Shown piece by piece: positions 27,314 to 40,800 of a DNA stretch of 64,000 nucleotides. The notes below the pieces were generated by a model. That model worked only from the letters and a program-made list of their open reading frames with translations. It was not told the origin of the DNA and ran no database searches. The number at the start of each line of letters is the position of its first letter. Position 1 is the first letter of the stretch. The position numbers and the translations under genes were made by a program. The DNA comes from Felis catus (Eukaryota): the NCBI RefSeq assembly GCF_018350175.1, contig NC_058373.1, forward strand, positions 102,674,001 through 102,738,000, read 5' to 3'.

Positions 27314-28524
27314 GGTATGTTTAAACGTGTGATGTTTCTGTAGATGTCCTGCACTTATCTAAGCCTATTATTATGTCTAGTTATATCGTTTTTAATTAAG
27401 CAATGTGGTTGAAATCGTAGTAATTGCTCCTAGATTTTATTTGTAAATCATTTGAAATTTTAGGTTTTACGTTATCAATACTAACAAGTTGTTGAACCTT
27501 CTGAGAAATGTATAGTACTTAACTGAGTAATGCAGCTCAATTTTTGTATGAACAAATTAAGTTAGAATAAGACAAGTACATGGAATCATAAAATTATTTG
27601 ATTAGCAGTCATAATACATACTTACTTGAAACACAGAATCATAATACATACTCAAATGAGACAGAATTTTTATATATTGTTTTTCCATCCTGTTAACTTT
27701 TTTTTTTTTTTTAATTTTAAGTTCTTTATTGGTAGGGCAGGGATGAAAACTCATCTCTTATTCTAGAGCAGGATTTTAAATGTGGGATCCACCTTAGTGT
27801 GTATTCTTTAGTTTTGGGAAAGTGGATTGGTCTTTTATCAATTTCTTGAAGGATTTATGTCTAAATAAAAGATTAAAGCCACTGGTATGGAATGTGTTTA
27901 TTATGATTCCATGGTTATCTCACTCCTACTTTACTTGTCCACCATTGGCCATTAATTATATTCAGACTGGAATCTGTTAAGGTGGAAGGTATGAGGTAAA
28001 AAGCTCATTAATATTACAAAGGGAATATGGAGAAATTATTAACGTTGGTGACTTATGCTGTCATCTCAAAACCTGAGCTGCTAATTGTCTACATGTTATA
28101 TCAACTCAGCAAACATGTTGAGTTGTATATTATGGACTGAGAAAATTTTAGCAACCTGATTCCTTTCACCTTGAGCTAAATTAACTTTGTCTCAACCCCT
28201 CCTACCCTTTTCTTTTATTTTTTTTCATGGTCTTCCCCTGCCCCACGTAAAATAAAATCTCTTGCTACCTTTGTTTGTTCTTCTCTGTATTTTTCTGGAT
28301 TTCATTCCCAGGCCCCCTTTGTCTCTTTTCTCTCCTTATATTACTCTTATACCCATGTGTATAATGTGAAACTATGGTTTATTATTGATATTTTAGTACT
28401 TACTTTGCCATTTTTTGAATTAAGCAAAGAATTAAACATTTTATGAATATCTCTTAAAAATTACAAAGTGTAAAACTAAAATATTAAGGCAGATGAGACT
28501 GCAACCATGATTCTGGCACAACTC

Positions 28525-28727
28525 TTTTTTGTTTTTTTTAGAGTGAGAGATAGATAAGGAGTGTTCATGCACTTGGGAGGGGCAGAGGGAGAGGGAGAGA
28601 GAATCTCAAGCAGGCTCCACACTCAACGCAGAACCTGATGCAGGGCTCGATTTTGTGAACCATGAGATCATGACCTGAGCTGAAATCAAGAGTTGGACAC
28701 TTAACCGACTCAGCCAGCCAGGAGCCC
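28525..28727 (-). mobile_element. SINEC
   Basis: Standard body and T tail. Confidence 0.9.
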
Positions 28728-29035
28728 TGATACACCTCTTTGTTTAATAATCTTGATATTGCCTATTATATGTAAAAAAATTTTGATCATACAAGCAAAA
28801 TTACGATTTTTGACTAGTTATACTGAATTGACAAGAAATCTTATTAAAGGCTTTTTTTGATTTTACAGTTTTAATAGCAATATTTTATTGTGTTGGTATT
28901 TGCTAATTGAACCCATTCTGATGTTGGATATTTTATGCCTCAGTTTTCATATTATATATAATGTTGCTGTGAACATCTTTATATGTGCTGCTTTTCCTTG
29001 CAAATTTCTTGGTTTAAAAATTCAGGATTATTGGT

Positions 29036-29248
29036 GGGGCGCCTGGGTGGCGCAGTCGGTTAAGCGTCCGACTTCAGCCAGGTCACGATCTCGCGGTCCG
29101 TGAGTTCGAGCCCCGCGTCAGGCTCTGGGCTGATGGCTCAGAGCCTGGAGCCTGTTTCGGATTCTGTGTCTCCCTCTCTCTCTGCCCCTCCCCCGTTCAT
29201 GCTCTGTCTCTCTCTGTCCCAAAAATAAATAAACGTTGAAAAAAAAAA
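29036..29248 (+). mobile_element. Young SINEC_Fc with intact A/B boxes
   Basis: TGGCGCAGTCGG and GTTCGAGCC; TSD AAAAATTCAG(G/A)ATTATTGG. Confidence 0.96.
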
Positions 29249-31224
29249 TTCAGAATTATTGGATTAAAGAAATACAAGCATTTTCTTGACTTTAAATTTG
29301 TCTTGGTGTTCTGGTTAGACCTCTCTAGGTGCAGAAAGTAAGTTCAAGAGAAGGGGAATTGTGTGAAGGGAATCTTATGAAAATCCAGAAATGGGAATCA
29401 TGATTCCTCCAGGCTTTTATGAGACCTGGAAAAGGGAACCAGAAAATCATCAGAACATTCGAAGAATCTGTGTTTTAGAGTTCTTGTGGTCTCATGGGCT
29501 CTTTCCCTTGAATGTCTGCTTCTTGCTTTAATCATAGATTTTGCTCTCCTGAGACCTAGGCTACACATGGCTGCAGTTTGCTGTTCAAGGTCTTTCTGAC
29601 TTTGACTTGACCTCCCCCCCCCCCCCCCCCGCATCTGTGGCTGCTGGTAAATACCTTTGTGGCTTTTCTTCCCCAAAGCAAAAATCCAAGTTTTAACTCA
29701 TTGTTTTGTTCTTTTTCTCCCCCAACCTCCCCAGCTAACTTGGACAGGCTGTGTGTAGCCTGTGGATGGTAATGTTTAAACAAACAAAAAACCAAAGATA
29801 AAACGTGGTCTCTGCTCCTTGAAAGCATTTCTGGTTGACAAGGAACACTTAGACACAGTAAAATATGTCTGATTAGTTAAAAACCTGGAGAGTTCATGAC
29901 TTATCAGGGAAGAACAATTCTGTATAAAGTTTCTTTTAGTATTTTGTTAGCACGTGATTCCTGTTCCCCTTCAACCTTTTAAAACCTTGTCTAAGTAAGT
30001 CTAGGGTTGTAACACCATTAAAAAAATTGCCTATGGAAATGTGAAATGGTAACAAATGCTGTTTTAATCATAAAGATCGAGAGTGTGCCTAATAAAACAA
30101 CAATTTTCAGGTTCCACTTCTCACTATTTTCAGACTTAAGTCATTGTTGGTATAACTTGAAAAAAGTATACTCCACATTTTAAAATGAGATATAAGGAAG
30201 TTGAAAGACAAAGTTAAACTAAATGTGCTTAAGTTTGTCATAAACATAAGATTTCTAGGTCTGTTTATCTTGACAGTTAACAGAGACTACTGTGAATAGC
30301 TTTATTTTGTCTTGGAAAACTCATGAGGCCTATTAAAATGGTTCTGGTGAAGTCTTAAATTCATTAAACTCAGATTTATTCAACTTTAAAGCTGCTGTTT
30401 TCTAAGGTCTAAAATAATTCTTAGAATATTTCTGTTTAGGTAGAATTTTGTTTCTTTAATCATTACCGTTTTTGAGACTTCAGATGGATAATTTTAAGAA
30501 CTTAAGATTCTCAGATTCATTTACACATTAAAAGTGCAAAAGTAGAATTTACATAGCTTTACCTTAAGCATGTCCATGGGTTTAATTTCATCTGCATTAC
30601 ATACCTTGCCTTTTTTCCACAACAAATGTGATAGAAGTTATAAGGATACAAGCCATATTTATGTGGCTTATACATATTTATAGGAATATTGATATCTAGA
30701 GCCTAAACATCAGAACCATTCTTACTTTGAAGTATAATTTTAGCTGTAACTACCCTTCAGATGAGGGATTATAGTGTCTATCTATGTTCAAGGCAGATCT
30801 GAGTAATCAGACCATACCTTTATTTTCTATAGCTGTTGGGTTAATCTAGAAGTAGGACTGATACTCTGTTGGTGAGGCAAGGCCTCTCTTATCTTTTAGC
30901 ATTTAGAAAAGATTATTATGGCCAGCTTTGTTTTTTGCAGTATAATTTAGTTTGTAGTAAGGGGTACCCTGAAAAAAAAATCAGGAAATGCATCTAATTT
31001 GTAATTTATTTCAATACTGAATGACAGAGCCTAACATTTTGATTTGGCTGTAGTATGTTTCTATATCTGTGATGTATCTCACTTATATCATGAGGCTGTT
31101 AGTTGTTGGAATAAAGGTACTAGCAGTTGGTGAATGGGCTTAAATTTCTAAATGATGAGATGAACCATCTCTCTCTCCCTCTCTCTCTCTTTTTTTTTTG
31201 CAATTAAAAGTTTGGTACCTTTTG

Positions 31225-31410
31225 GTTTTTTTTTTGAGAGCGAGTGTGCAAGCAGGGGATGGGCAGAGAGAGAAGGAGAGAAAATTCCAGCAGGCTCTGC
31301 TCTGATAGCGCAGAGCCCAGTGCAGGGCTCGAACTCATGAACGCTGAGATCATAACCTGAGCCAAAATCAAGAATTGGATCCTTAACTGACTGAGCCACC
31401 CAGGGACCCC
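31225..31410 (-). mobile_element. SINEC
   Basis: Body plus TSD aaagt(t/a)tggtac(c/t)ttt. Confidence 0.9.
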
Positions 31411-31858
31411 AAAGTATGGTACTTTTAATGAATATCCAGTGTTTTGGTAACAGTTGATGGCTTCTGTTTCCACATATAGTAGTATTGGTCAACAGTGCAA
31501 TAAGAGGAAAAAAGCTAAGTACTAATAAAATGTCAAAAGTTGATGTTTGGGGAAAAAAGTAATGGATGTCTAGAGTTTTTTTTTTTTTTTTCCTCCCGTG
31601 AAGATCTTTCCATTTGGTTTAAAAGTAGAGGATATATTACACTCTAATTATTACCACACATTTTTATTTCATAGTATATTTGAATTGTAGATGGCAAAAT
31701 AATTAAGTATGTGATTTAAACAATTGTAACCTGCTTAGATTTGTACATCAGGTTAGATCTGAAATACTACTTGAAAGAGCAGAGGTTTTGTGTTTAATTT
31801 GTATTATGCTGACTAAAGTTTTTGTTTTTTCTCTCCCCCCCCCACGCCCCCCATTTAG

Positions 31859-31888
31859 GTTTTATAGGATCACATTAACAAAAGCACC
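31859..31888 (+). other. KTN1: 5' UTR portion of first coding exon (exon 2)
   Basis: Pyrimidine tract then ccatttag|GTTTTATAGGATCAC; Kozak-like gcaccATGG; in-frame TAG upstream of the ATG. Confidence 0.85.
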
Positions 31889-34800
31889 ATGGAGTTTTAT
31901 GAATCAACATATTTTATTGTCCTTATTCCTTCAGTAGTTATTACAGTAATTTTCCTCTTCTTCTGGCTTTTCATGAAAGAAACATTATATGATGAAGTTC
32001 TTGCAAAACAGAAAAGAGAACAAAAGCTTATTCCTACCAAAACCGATAAAAAGAAGGCAGAAAAGAAAAAGAATAAAAAGAAAGAAATCCAGAATGGGAA
32101 CCTCCCTGAATCTGATTCTGAGAGTGTACCCCGGGACTTTAAATTATCTGATGCCTTGGCTGTAGAAGATGAGCAAGTTGTACCTGTTCCACTGAATGTA
32201 GTTGAAACTTCAAGTAGTGTCAGAGAAAGAAAGAAGAAGGAAAAGAAACACAAGCCTGTACTAGAAGAACAGGTCACCAAAGAAAGTGATGTGTCAAAGA
32301 TTCCAGGCAAAAAAGTAGAACCTGTCCCAGTTACTAAACAGCCCACCCCCCCTTCTGAAGCAGCTGCCTCAAAGAAGAAACCAGGGCAGAAGAAGTCTAA
32401 AAATGGAAGCGGTATTATAATCTATTCAACTTTATTGTATGATTGTATTTGTTTTAATGACTTTAGAGCTTGAAATTTAGATACTTTGTTAGGTGTGTAT
32501 ACAAAATGTTAAAAATATGGAGTCTGAAACCAAGAACATTGTCATTTTCACTGTGTGTTTGCTTTCATTAACATTAAATGCTGATAAAATTATTGACCAT
32601 AAAACAGCATTTAAAACTAAACTTTATATTAGAAATATGGAAAAGAAGCTTAATGGAAATATATAAAATTCAACTGTTTTACTGGAACTAGTAAGGACCT
32701 ATAAATATCAGCAGTTAGAAACTTACATTTTCTAATTAGTGTGTTAAGAATTAAAGATGAAAAGATAGATACCGTTTTTGTCTTTAATTTTGCAAATGTT
32801 TTTCATACAGCTATTTTATACTAGGCATTATACTAGGTAATAGGGCTGCAGAGATAAAACTAGTGCGTTTTCAAACTGTAGACATGAACATAAATAATTA
32901 TTGTAAAATGTTTAATATAATGATCTTGATATGTCTAAACCAGTGTAGGAGTTCTAAGTGGATCACTTAGAGGATGTAATGCCTAAAATTAACCTTAGAG
33001 GTTACGTAAGTACTAGCTGGTTTTTGGGTGGCTGGGGAGGGTGGGATAGGATATTCTAGGTAGAGGGGTTAACAGATGTAATGGAAAGCCCATGAGAAAT
33101 GGTGTCATGATGTGTGAAACTACAAACAGTTTTTATGAAAGGACTTGTGTTTACCATTAAGTTGTTTGTGTGTCTTGTGGAGTGTTGAATTTGTTATAGT
33201 GGATTTTAAATATTTGTTTGCCAGCTATGATCAAGGCATGATGCTAGAGAAATCAGAGTAAGCACTTCTATTTTAGTGGGGGAGAAGGACATGTGAGCCA
33301 GTAATGAAATGTGACTTACATAAGAGATGTTTGAAGTATACAAGAAATGCAGATGCCTAAACAACTACTACTTATGGGGATCAGAGGTAAAGAGCTTTAC
33401 AGAGGAGACGGTGCCTGAGGTCTTCCAGGCACTGAATCACTTCACCAAGCAGCTTGGTGGGTCTCATTCCATACTGTCAGAATGTCACTTAGAAAGATAG
33501 AGATAGGAGTACAGTGTATTTTTGAACCATGAGATAGGAGGTTGGGAGTGGTAGGACACAAAGATGAAAAGACATGTAGGGGCTAGATCCAGATGGGTTT
33601 TGTACACAGCGTTAAGGAGCTGGGGTGTTATAGTTTAGCCATTGTTGAAAATTTTTCAAGCTGGTCAGTTTACATGGTCTGGTCATATTTATATTTTAGA
33701 AAGATGTCTTTGGCAGAACTTGGGGAGGGCAAGTTTTATGGAGTAATATTTAATATAGATAATCTAGTTATGAGATTATTGTTTTCCAAAGTTAAATTGG
33801 AGGACTGAACTGTGTTAGTGACAGAAGAAATAGAAAGTAGATTAAAGGTGCACCTGGCTGGCTCTCAGTTGGTAGAACATCCTACTCTTGATCTCAAGGT
33901 TGTGGGTTCAAGCCCCACATTGGACCGGGAGCCTACTTAAGAAAAAGTAGATTAAAGAGGTCTATAAAGTAAAAACAACATGACTAATCTTATTGAATGA
34001 GGTATGGCAGATAAAGGAGAAGGCAGAATCAAGACTGATTATCCAAGTTTTAAGTTTCTCAGGGTTGGCATACTAAAATCTTGGAGCCAAATCTGGCCTG
34101 CTTTCTGTTTTTTATGGTCCATGAGCCAAGAATAGTTTTTATGTTTTCAGTGATTCGAAAAAAATCCAAAGAAGAATAATATTTTGTTAAATGTGGAAAT
34201 TACATGAAATGCAAACCTCTTTGTCTAGAAATGAAGTTTTTTTGAATGCAGCCATACTCATCCATTAACGTATGTGTATGGCTGGCTTTCATACTGCAAC
34301 GGCAGATGAGTAGTTTTAATTCTCCTTAAAATTTAATTTATTCATTTATTTTGAGAGAGAGAGTGGGGGGAGGGACAGTCAGAGAGGGAGTGAGAGAATC
34401 TCAAGCAAGCTCCATGCTCAGCGCAGAGCCCAACGAGGGGCTCGATCCCATGAACTGTGAGATCATGACCTGAGCCAAAATCAAGAGTTGGATACTTAAC
34501 TGACTGAGCCACCCAGGCGCCTCAGATAGTTTTGATAGAGTCTGTATGGATATGCAAACATATTTAATGTTTGGACCTTTACAGAAAAAGTTTGCCAACC
34601 CCTGATTGGTAGGTGGTTGGTAGCACTAAGATAGGGAATATTGAGAGTGGATGTATATGGAGAGGAGAATGCTTTCAGGTTGTGTTTCAGGTTCCTATGG
34701 GGGGCCACTTACATAAAGAGCAATTTAGGATGCAATAGGATATGTAAGTGCAGATGCATAAGGCTAGAATATAGACTTGGAAGCTGTAAGCGTGAAAATA

Positions 34801-37800
34801 GTTGTTGAAGTCACGGGTATAGATAAGCACATCCAAGGGAATTGTTTAAATTAAAGGTACTACCCTGAAGAATACCAGCATATGAGGTATTCTGTAGGAA
34901 CAGTTTACAAAAGAATTTGCAAAGGAATATTTCAAGTGTAAGAAAAGAATTGTGGGAGCTGATAGAGAATTTTTGGGAGGTGATAGAGAGTTTTAAATTT
35001 TATTTTATTGTGGCAAAATATACAATAACATTTACCATTTTACCATTTTTAAGTGTATAGTTCTGGGGCATTAAGTACATTTACATTCTTATGCAACCAT
35101 CATCACTAGTCATCTCAGGAATTTTTCATCTTCCCCAACAGAAACTCTGTACCCATTAAACAGTAATTTCCCATTCCCCTCCCCCCCCCCCCCCCCCCCA
35201 AGCCCCTGGTAACAACCATTCTACTTTGTTTCTGTGAATTTGACTAGTCTGGGTACTTTATATAAGTGAAATCATACAATATTTGTCCTTTCATGATCTT
35301 CTTATTTCACTTAGCCTAATGAAGACAGAATTTTAAGGAGGTAGAGATCAGTAGTATGAAATGCTAAATAGAAGTCAAAGAAGAAATAAAGGATATTGGT
35401 AGAGTATGGCATTTGGGACACCAGATTGCTCTGTAAAATCCTTTCATGGATAATGGAAGAGATAAAAATCAGGTTGCAATTGACAAATGATTGGTAAAAG
35501 AAGTACAGATCATTCTTTTGTTAATATAAGAAGAAATGGGTGTGGGAGGCTGGGAATTACAGTGGTGGGAAGGATTTTCTTTTTTAAGATGGTAGGGATT
35601 TGAGCATGCCCATAGGCTGAGTAGGATTAAGAGTGGCTGAGAAATGGGATATAAAAGAAGCAACAAGTATTTTTAGAAGTCTTGATGAAATTAAAGACAG
35701 GTGTAACAGAGTAAGAAAGCTGGAATAATACTATTAGAGAGTTTAAAATTTTGAAGGTAAAGCATTCTGGGAATTATTTACCAGTAATTGAATCTTCTGG
35801 TGTGTTTGTTGTTTGCTATGATGACTTTTCATTTATTTTCAATAAAGATGATCAGGATAAAAAGGTGGAAACTCTTATGGCACCTTCAAAAAAGCAAGAG
35901 TCATTACCCCTCCATCAAGAGACTAAACAAGAAAGTGGATCAGGAAAGAAGAAAGTTTCTTCAAGGAAGCAAAAGACAGAAAACGGTGAAATGTGTAGAT
36001 AATGTGTTTTATAAATACTAATTCTAGAGAAGTACACTTAGGACAAGGATCTTAGAACTCACATGCTCTTCAGTTCTCTGCTTAATGTGTACTATAACAA
36101 TGCTAATGCTAAAAGAAGTCCAGGGATCCTTGAGTCTTGTGGTTTCATAGTGTTTTGACAGATGGCCAGGGTATATGTTTGTGATGAAGAAGTTTATCTG
36201 AAATTTAAAAAGGACAAAGCATTTATTAAATGGTCTCAATGGAGTTTTGAAAATAATGTAAATAACATATAAACTATAGAAGAAAAGTATTCCTGAAACA
36301 TTTGTACTTTTTTTTTTAATACGAAATTTATTGTCAAATTGGTTTCCATACAACACCCAGTGCTCATCCCAACAAGGAAACATTTGTACTTTGAAATATC
36401 ACTTAAAGACTATGCTTGAGGACATTGTCTAGATATATCATTACCCTATATTCCCAATTATTTCCTAAACATTGTTTGCATGTATATGTGGGAAGCATCC
36501 CATTAAGAGTGATGGAGCAGTTTGTATATGTTCAGAATTGTCCAGGGAAAACCTCTGTGAAACGTGTATAGATTAAATGGTGATATTCAAATAATACTGG
36601 ACAGTGGTATCAACTAGTGCTGGAAAATATTAAAATTGGAAAGAGAAAAGATGTAATTCTATTACTTGCACGAAAATTATGATGTATCAAGCAACTAGGT
36701 ACAGAAAAATATTACCCACAAATATTTCATAAGATTAAATATTTATTATAAATTAAAATAAATTTTTTTAATGTTTATTTTTGAGAGAGAGACAGTGTGA
36801 GCCAGGGAGAGGGAGGGAGAGAGAGAGAATGAATCCAAAACAGGCTCCAGGCTCTGAGCTGTCAGCAAAGAGCCTGATGCGGAGCTCGAACTCAGGAACT
36901 GTGAGATCATGACCTGAGCTGAAGTTGGATGCTTAACCCACTGAGCCACCCAGGTGCCCTTTATTATAAAAAAAAAAACAAAAAACAAAACGAACAAAAC
37001 ACACTCTTCATGCCCAAAAGCTTTTTTAAAAAGGTAGGAAGATAGATTTCCATATGTGTGCAGAAGTTTTTATCTTTAGCCAGCAGACATCAGACTTTAA
37101 TGTTCAAACTCTTAAAGTTCTTCCTGTTAAAAGTAGGAACAAAGTGTAAGGAGGCTTCCTTCCTCCACTTTTAATGTTGTTCTGCAAATTTTAGCCAGTT
37201 CAGTAAGATGTGCCATGGAAATTACAGGCATAACTTTTAGAAATGAGACAATATCTGCAAGGAACAATGACTGATTTTTGTACCTAGAAAGTGGAAGGAA
37301 CTCCGTTAAAAACTATCATTTGCAGTAAGAATTCGGCAAAGTACAAACATAAATAAAGATTAGTAGTTTTCCTTGGGCACTAATTAAATGTGAATGGATT
37401 TTTTAGTTAAAACAGGAAGACAATGAGAACTAACTAAAATATAAAGGATATAGAAGAAGTTTTCAGATAGTGTTAGAAAGGAGATACGCTACACACTTTC
37501 AGATAACTTAAATGATTTACTGTAGAATAATATTGAATTGCTACTGCTTAATTAGAAGTGTGTTTTTACTTTATGTTAAATGATAAAATAGGAATTTAAA
37601 GCCAAATTGACTTGATGTTAGATATTTGAAAATAACTGCATTTCTCATTGAACTTAAATGTGTGTACATGTTATTTAATTACTCTGCTGTAAAACCCTGA
37701 GTAATTCTAATTTTGTCGAACTTAAATTGCAGTCTTGGTAGATGAACCCCTTATTCATGCAACTGCTTATATTCCTTTGATGGATAATGCCGATTCAAAT

Positions 37801-40800
37801 CCTGTGCTGGATAAGAGAGATGCTATTGATCTAATTAAACCTGACCAAGTAGAAGGAATCCAGAAAACGGGGGCTAAAAAATTGAAGACTGAAACTGATA
37901 AAGGTAATATGCAGCATGTAGCAATTTGTATTGAAGAAACACGTTTTTGAGTTCTGATGGAGTTGAGTAAATTTTCTCATAGAAACAATGAACGGTAAAA
38001 GAATTATAGAATCTTTGTAATAAAAGGTTTATTGGTAATTTTCTAGTCCAACCTGCTAAGTTTTATTGGGCCAGACCCTTGAATTTGTCTTGCCCAAGAT
38101 TTTACAGCTATTTTGCTGTCTGATGATTTTTTCTCTTATGCTATGGTCTCCTGTGAGGTTTCTATGCTAATTCACAACCACCGTTCATTATTATTTTACT
38201 TTTATAATAGACTTTTTTTTTTTTTTTTTTAAAGAATAGTAGTAGCTTCACAGCAAAATTGAGTGGAAAGTACAGAGAATTCCCATACCTTGCTCTCACG
38301 CACACACATAACTGACTTTTTAAACTTATGATGTTGCTGAACTATTAAAGCCTTGGGCTTCTCTGGGTCTAATGGTTGGCAGTTGGTTTTTAAGGAAAGG
38401 AAGTTTGTGCTTTATGTAAGAGCCCCCGAGGAAATTGAGTGAGTCAGGGGATGCTTGATGCGTGAATTTTTTAAAATGTCAGGATTGTTTGTATATATTT
38501 GGTATTTGTAAAATCATATTTCCTTTTTTAAAAATTCTGTTTCCTTTTTATAATTATCTTCATGCTTATTTTATCACGTGTAAGGTTTGATTTGTATATC
38601 ATGATTATTAAGGTTAAATGAGAATATTTGTGAACATACTTGGTACAGATACTAGCATACTAGACATTGGAATGATTTTTTTTTTTAAGTGAGGGCATAC
38701 TGGCACTTTAGTATTCTGTAGTTTGATTAAATTTTAGTTAATATAATTGTTTCATTGTATATTAAAGATGATAAACACTTTTTCTCTCTTGACTGGAGCA
38801 TTTTTTAGTTGTCTGACCTGAAATATAAATCTGTTTTCTCTTGGTATTGACTTTCTGGGTCAAGAATTCTTGATGCTTACTTTTGCTGAAGTTATTACTT
38901 GTGTCTCTTAAATGCCAATTCTTTTCTTTTCTTTTTTTTTTTTTAAGAAAATGCTGAAGTGAAATTTAAAGATTTTCTTCTGTCCTTGAAGACCATGATG
39001 TTTTCTGAAGATGAGGCCCTTTGTGTTGTAGACCTGCTAAAGGAGAAGTCTGGTGTGATACAGGATGCTTTGAAGAAGGTAAGCATGTTTTTTATTATGG
39101 GCATGTTTGAGAACAGTGATTAGAAGTTCACCAAATAAGACTTTTGCTAGAGTAATAAATTCATATTCCCATCATTCATACTCCAAAGCACATAGTCACA
39201 TTTAAAAGTTCTGGAATGGCTTCAGAAGTTATTTTGTATATCTATACTAATCAGTACACTTATTTAGTCAGGTGTCTGACAAAAGTGAAGTGCTTATAAG
39301 TAAGATGATTTATAGAGCTTTAAAGTCATCTGACACTTAACTCTGTACCTTGCTTTGCTCTGCTCTGAAGGGAAGGTAAGGCGATTTCTGGATAGAATAT
39401 ATGGAATGTTTTTGTGACTGAAGATAGCACACTTCAGAGAACTTGGGAATCTTTGCTGTTTTGTGTGTGTGTATGAAGTATCATCCTTCTAAAATAAGTG
39501 ATTTGGATGGTAGAATCGCTGCTATGATGGACTAAAATTTATAAAAAAAAAACAAAAAAAAACCAAAAAAAAAAAAATCCATGGAGTTAATACTTAATTT
39601 CTCATGGGTCAGGCTCACTACATTATCATGTATACTATGTCATACTGGAAAGGTGACAAGTTTTCAAATGTTATTTGTGTGAGGTAAGATGACACGGTAT
39701 CTGATATTCAATATTAGATGTAGACTTCGCTATTCTTATTCTCAGCACGCGTGTGCGCACACGCGCGCGCACACACACACACCCCTCATTTAAAACAATG
39801 AGTGGCTTTCATTTTTTTTTTTTTTCTTAAAGAGCACTCGAGTCCAGGCTATCCCCCTCACCTGATTACCTTTAGTAGTCTTCTATTTGTTGTTTCTGTA
39901 TCATTTCCCTATATAAAGCTAATCTGAATTCCCAGTCTAAATTGTTCTCTCTGCTATTCTTTCTCATAACCATCTGGGCTTTTTTTTGTCATAGCATTTA
40001 TCGTAGCATATTAAGTCTGCTATACCTCCAAGTATCTATTGACAGTGAGTTTTACAAGTCTGGCATTTTACAGTGTAGTATGCTTGTTGGACGGTCTCCA
40101 TACATGTAGTATGCTTGTTGGACGGTGCCAACAATGGCTCAGTGTAAGCAAGGTGTTCCAGGGTAATCAGGGCGAGTGTTGTAACTGTGTGACTTTGGAT
40201 ACAATATCTGATTATTCTGTTGCAAGAAACTTTCTTGAAATACTTGACTGAAGAATTTGTCCTTTGATTTATTTTAATCGGCTAAGTATATCTATCTTAA
40301 AGGGTTTCTTAGTTATTTGTGGAGATAAGGGAAAAGCCTTCAGCTGAAGTTTTTGTGTTACTACCCAGTGTCTGAAATTACTGCTTTTTAAAATAGAAAA
40401 TAATTGCTTTTAGTGTTCTCTTCTAAGGATGTTGGTAGTGACTTAAGGGGGCAAGAGTAGTTATTTTATTGTCTGAGATAGCTTTGAATTCTAGAGACTG
40501 GGGGGTAAATCAGCCTCCCCTTGGTAGTTGTTTTAGGCAGGCCAAGGAAGAAGTTGGGGACTGTTAAAGGTAGTGTTTTGAAATAGACTATTTTGCAGCT
40601 TCACTTTTTTCCCCCATCTTTGGAACTTTGTGTTCCAAAATCTGACTATTCTGTGTTTCTCGTAGAGTGGTTCTGTTCTCATCTCCAGGGACGCAGTGTC
40701 TTTTTAGGTCCCCAGTATTTGCAAAAGTAAATTTAGTTTCTCCCTCTTCCTGTCATAGGAACTGTCTTGGTCAGACCTTTTAATAGATACCAAATTTCCA

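Noticed and set aside
397..31492. Numerous 60-115 aa ORFs in intron 1
   Set aside because: They derive from SINE, L1 or L2 sequence or from low-complexity AT-rich DNA; many have non-ATG starts and none has splice support.
31897..32346. 149-aa minus-strand ORF
   Set aside because: Antisense shadow of the purine-rich KTN1 exon 2 (F/S/L-rich); no independent gene signals.
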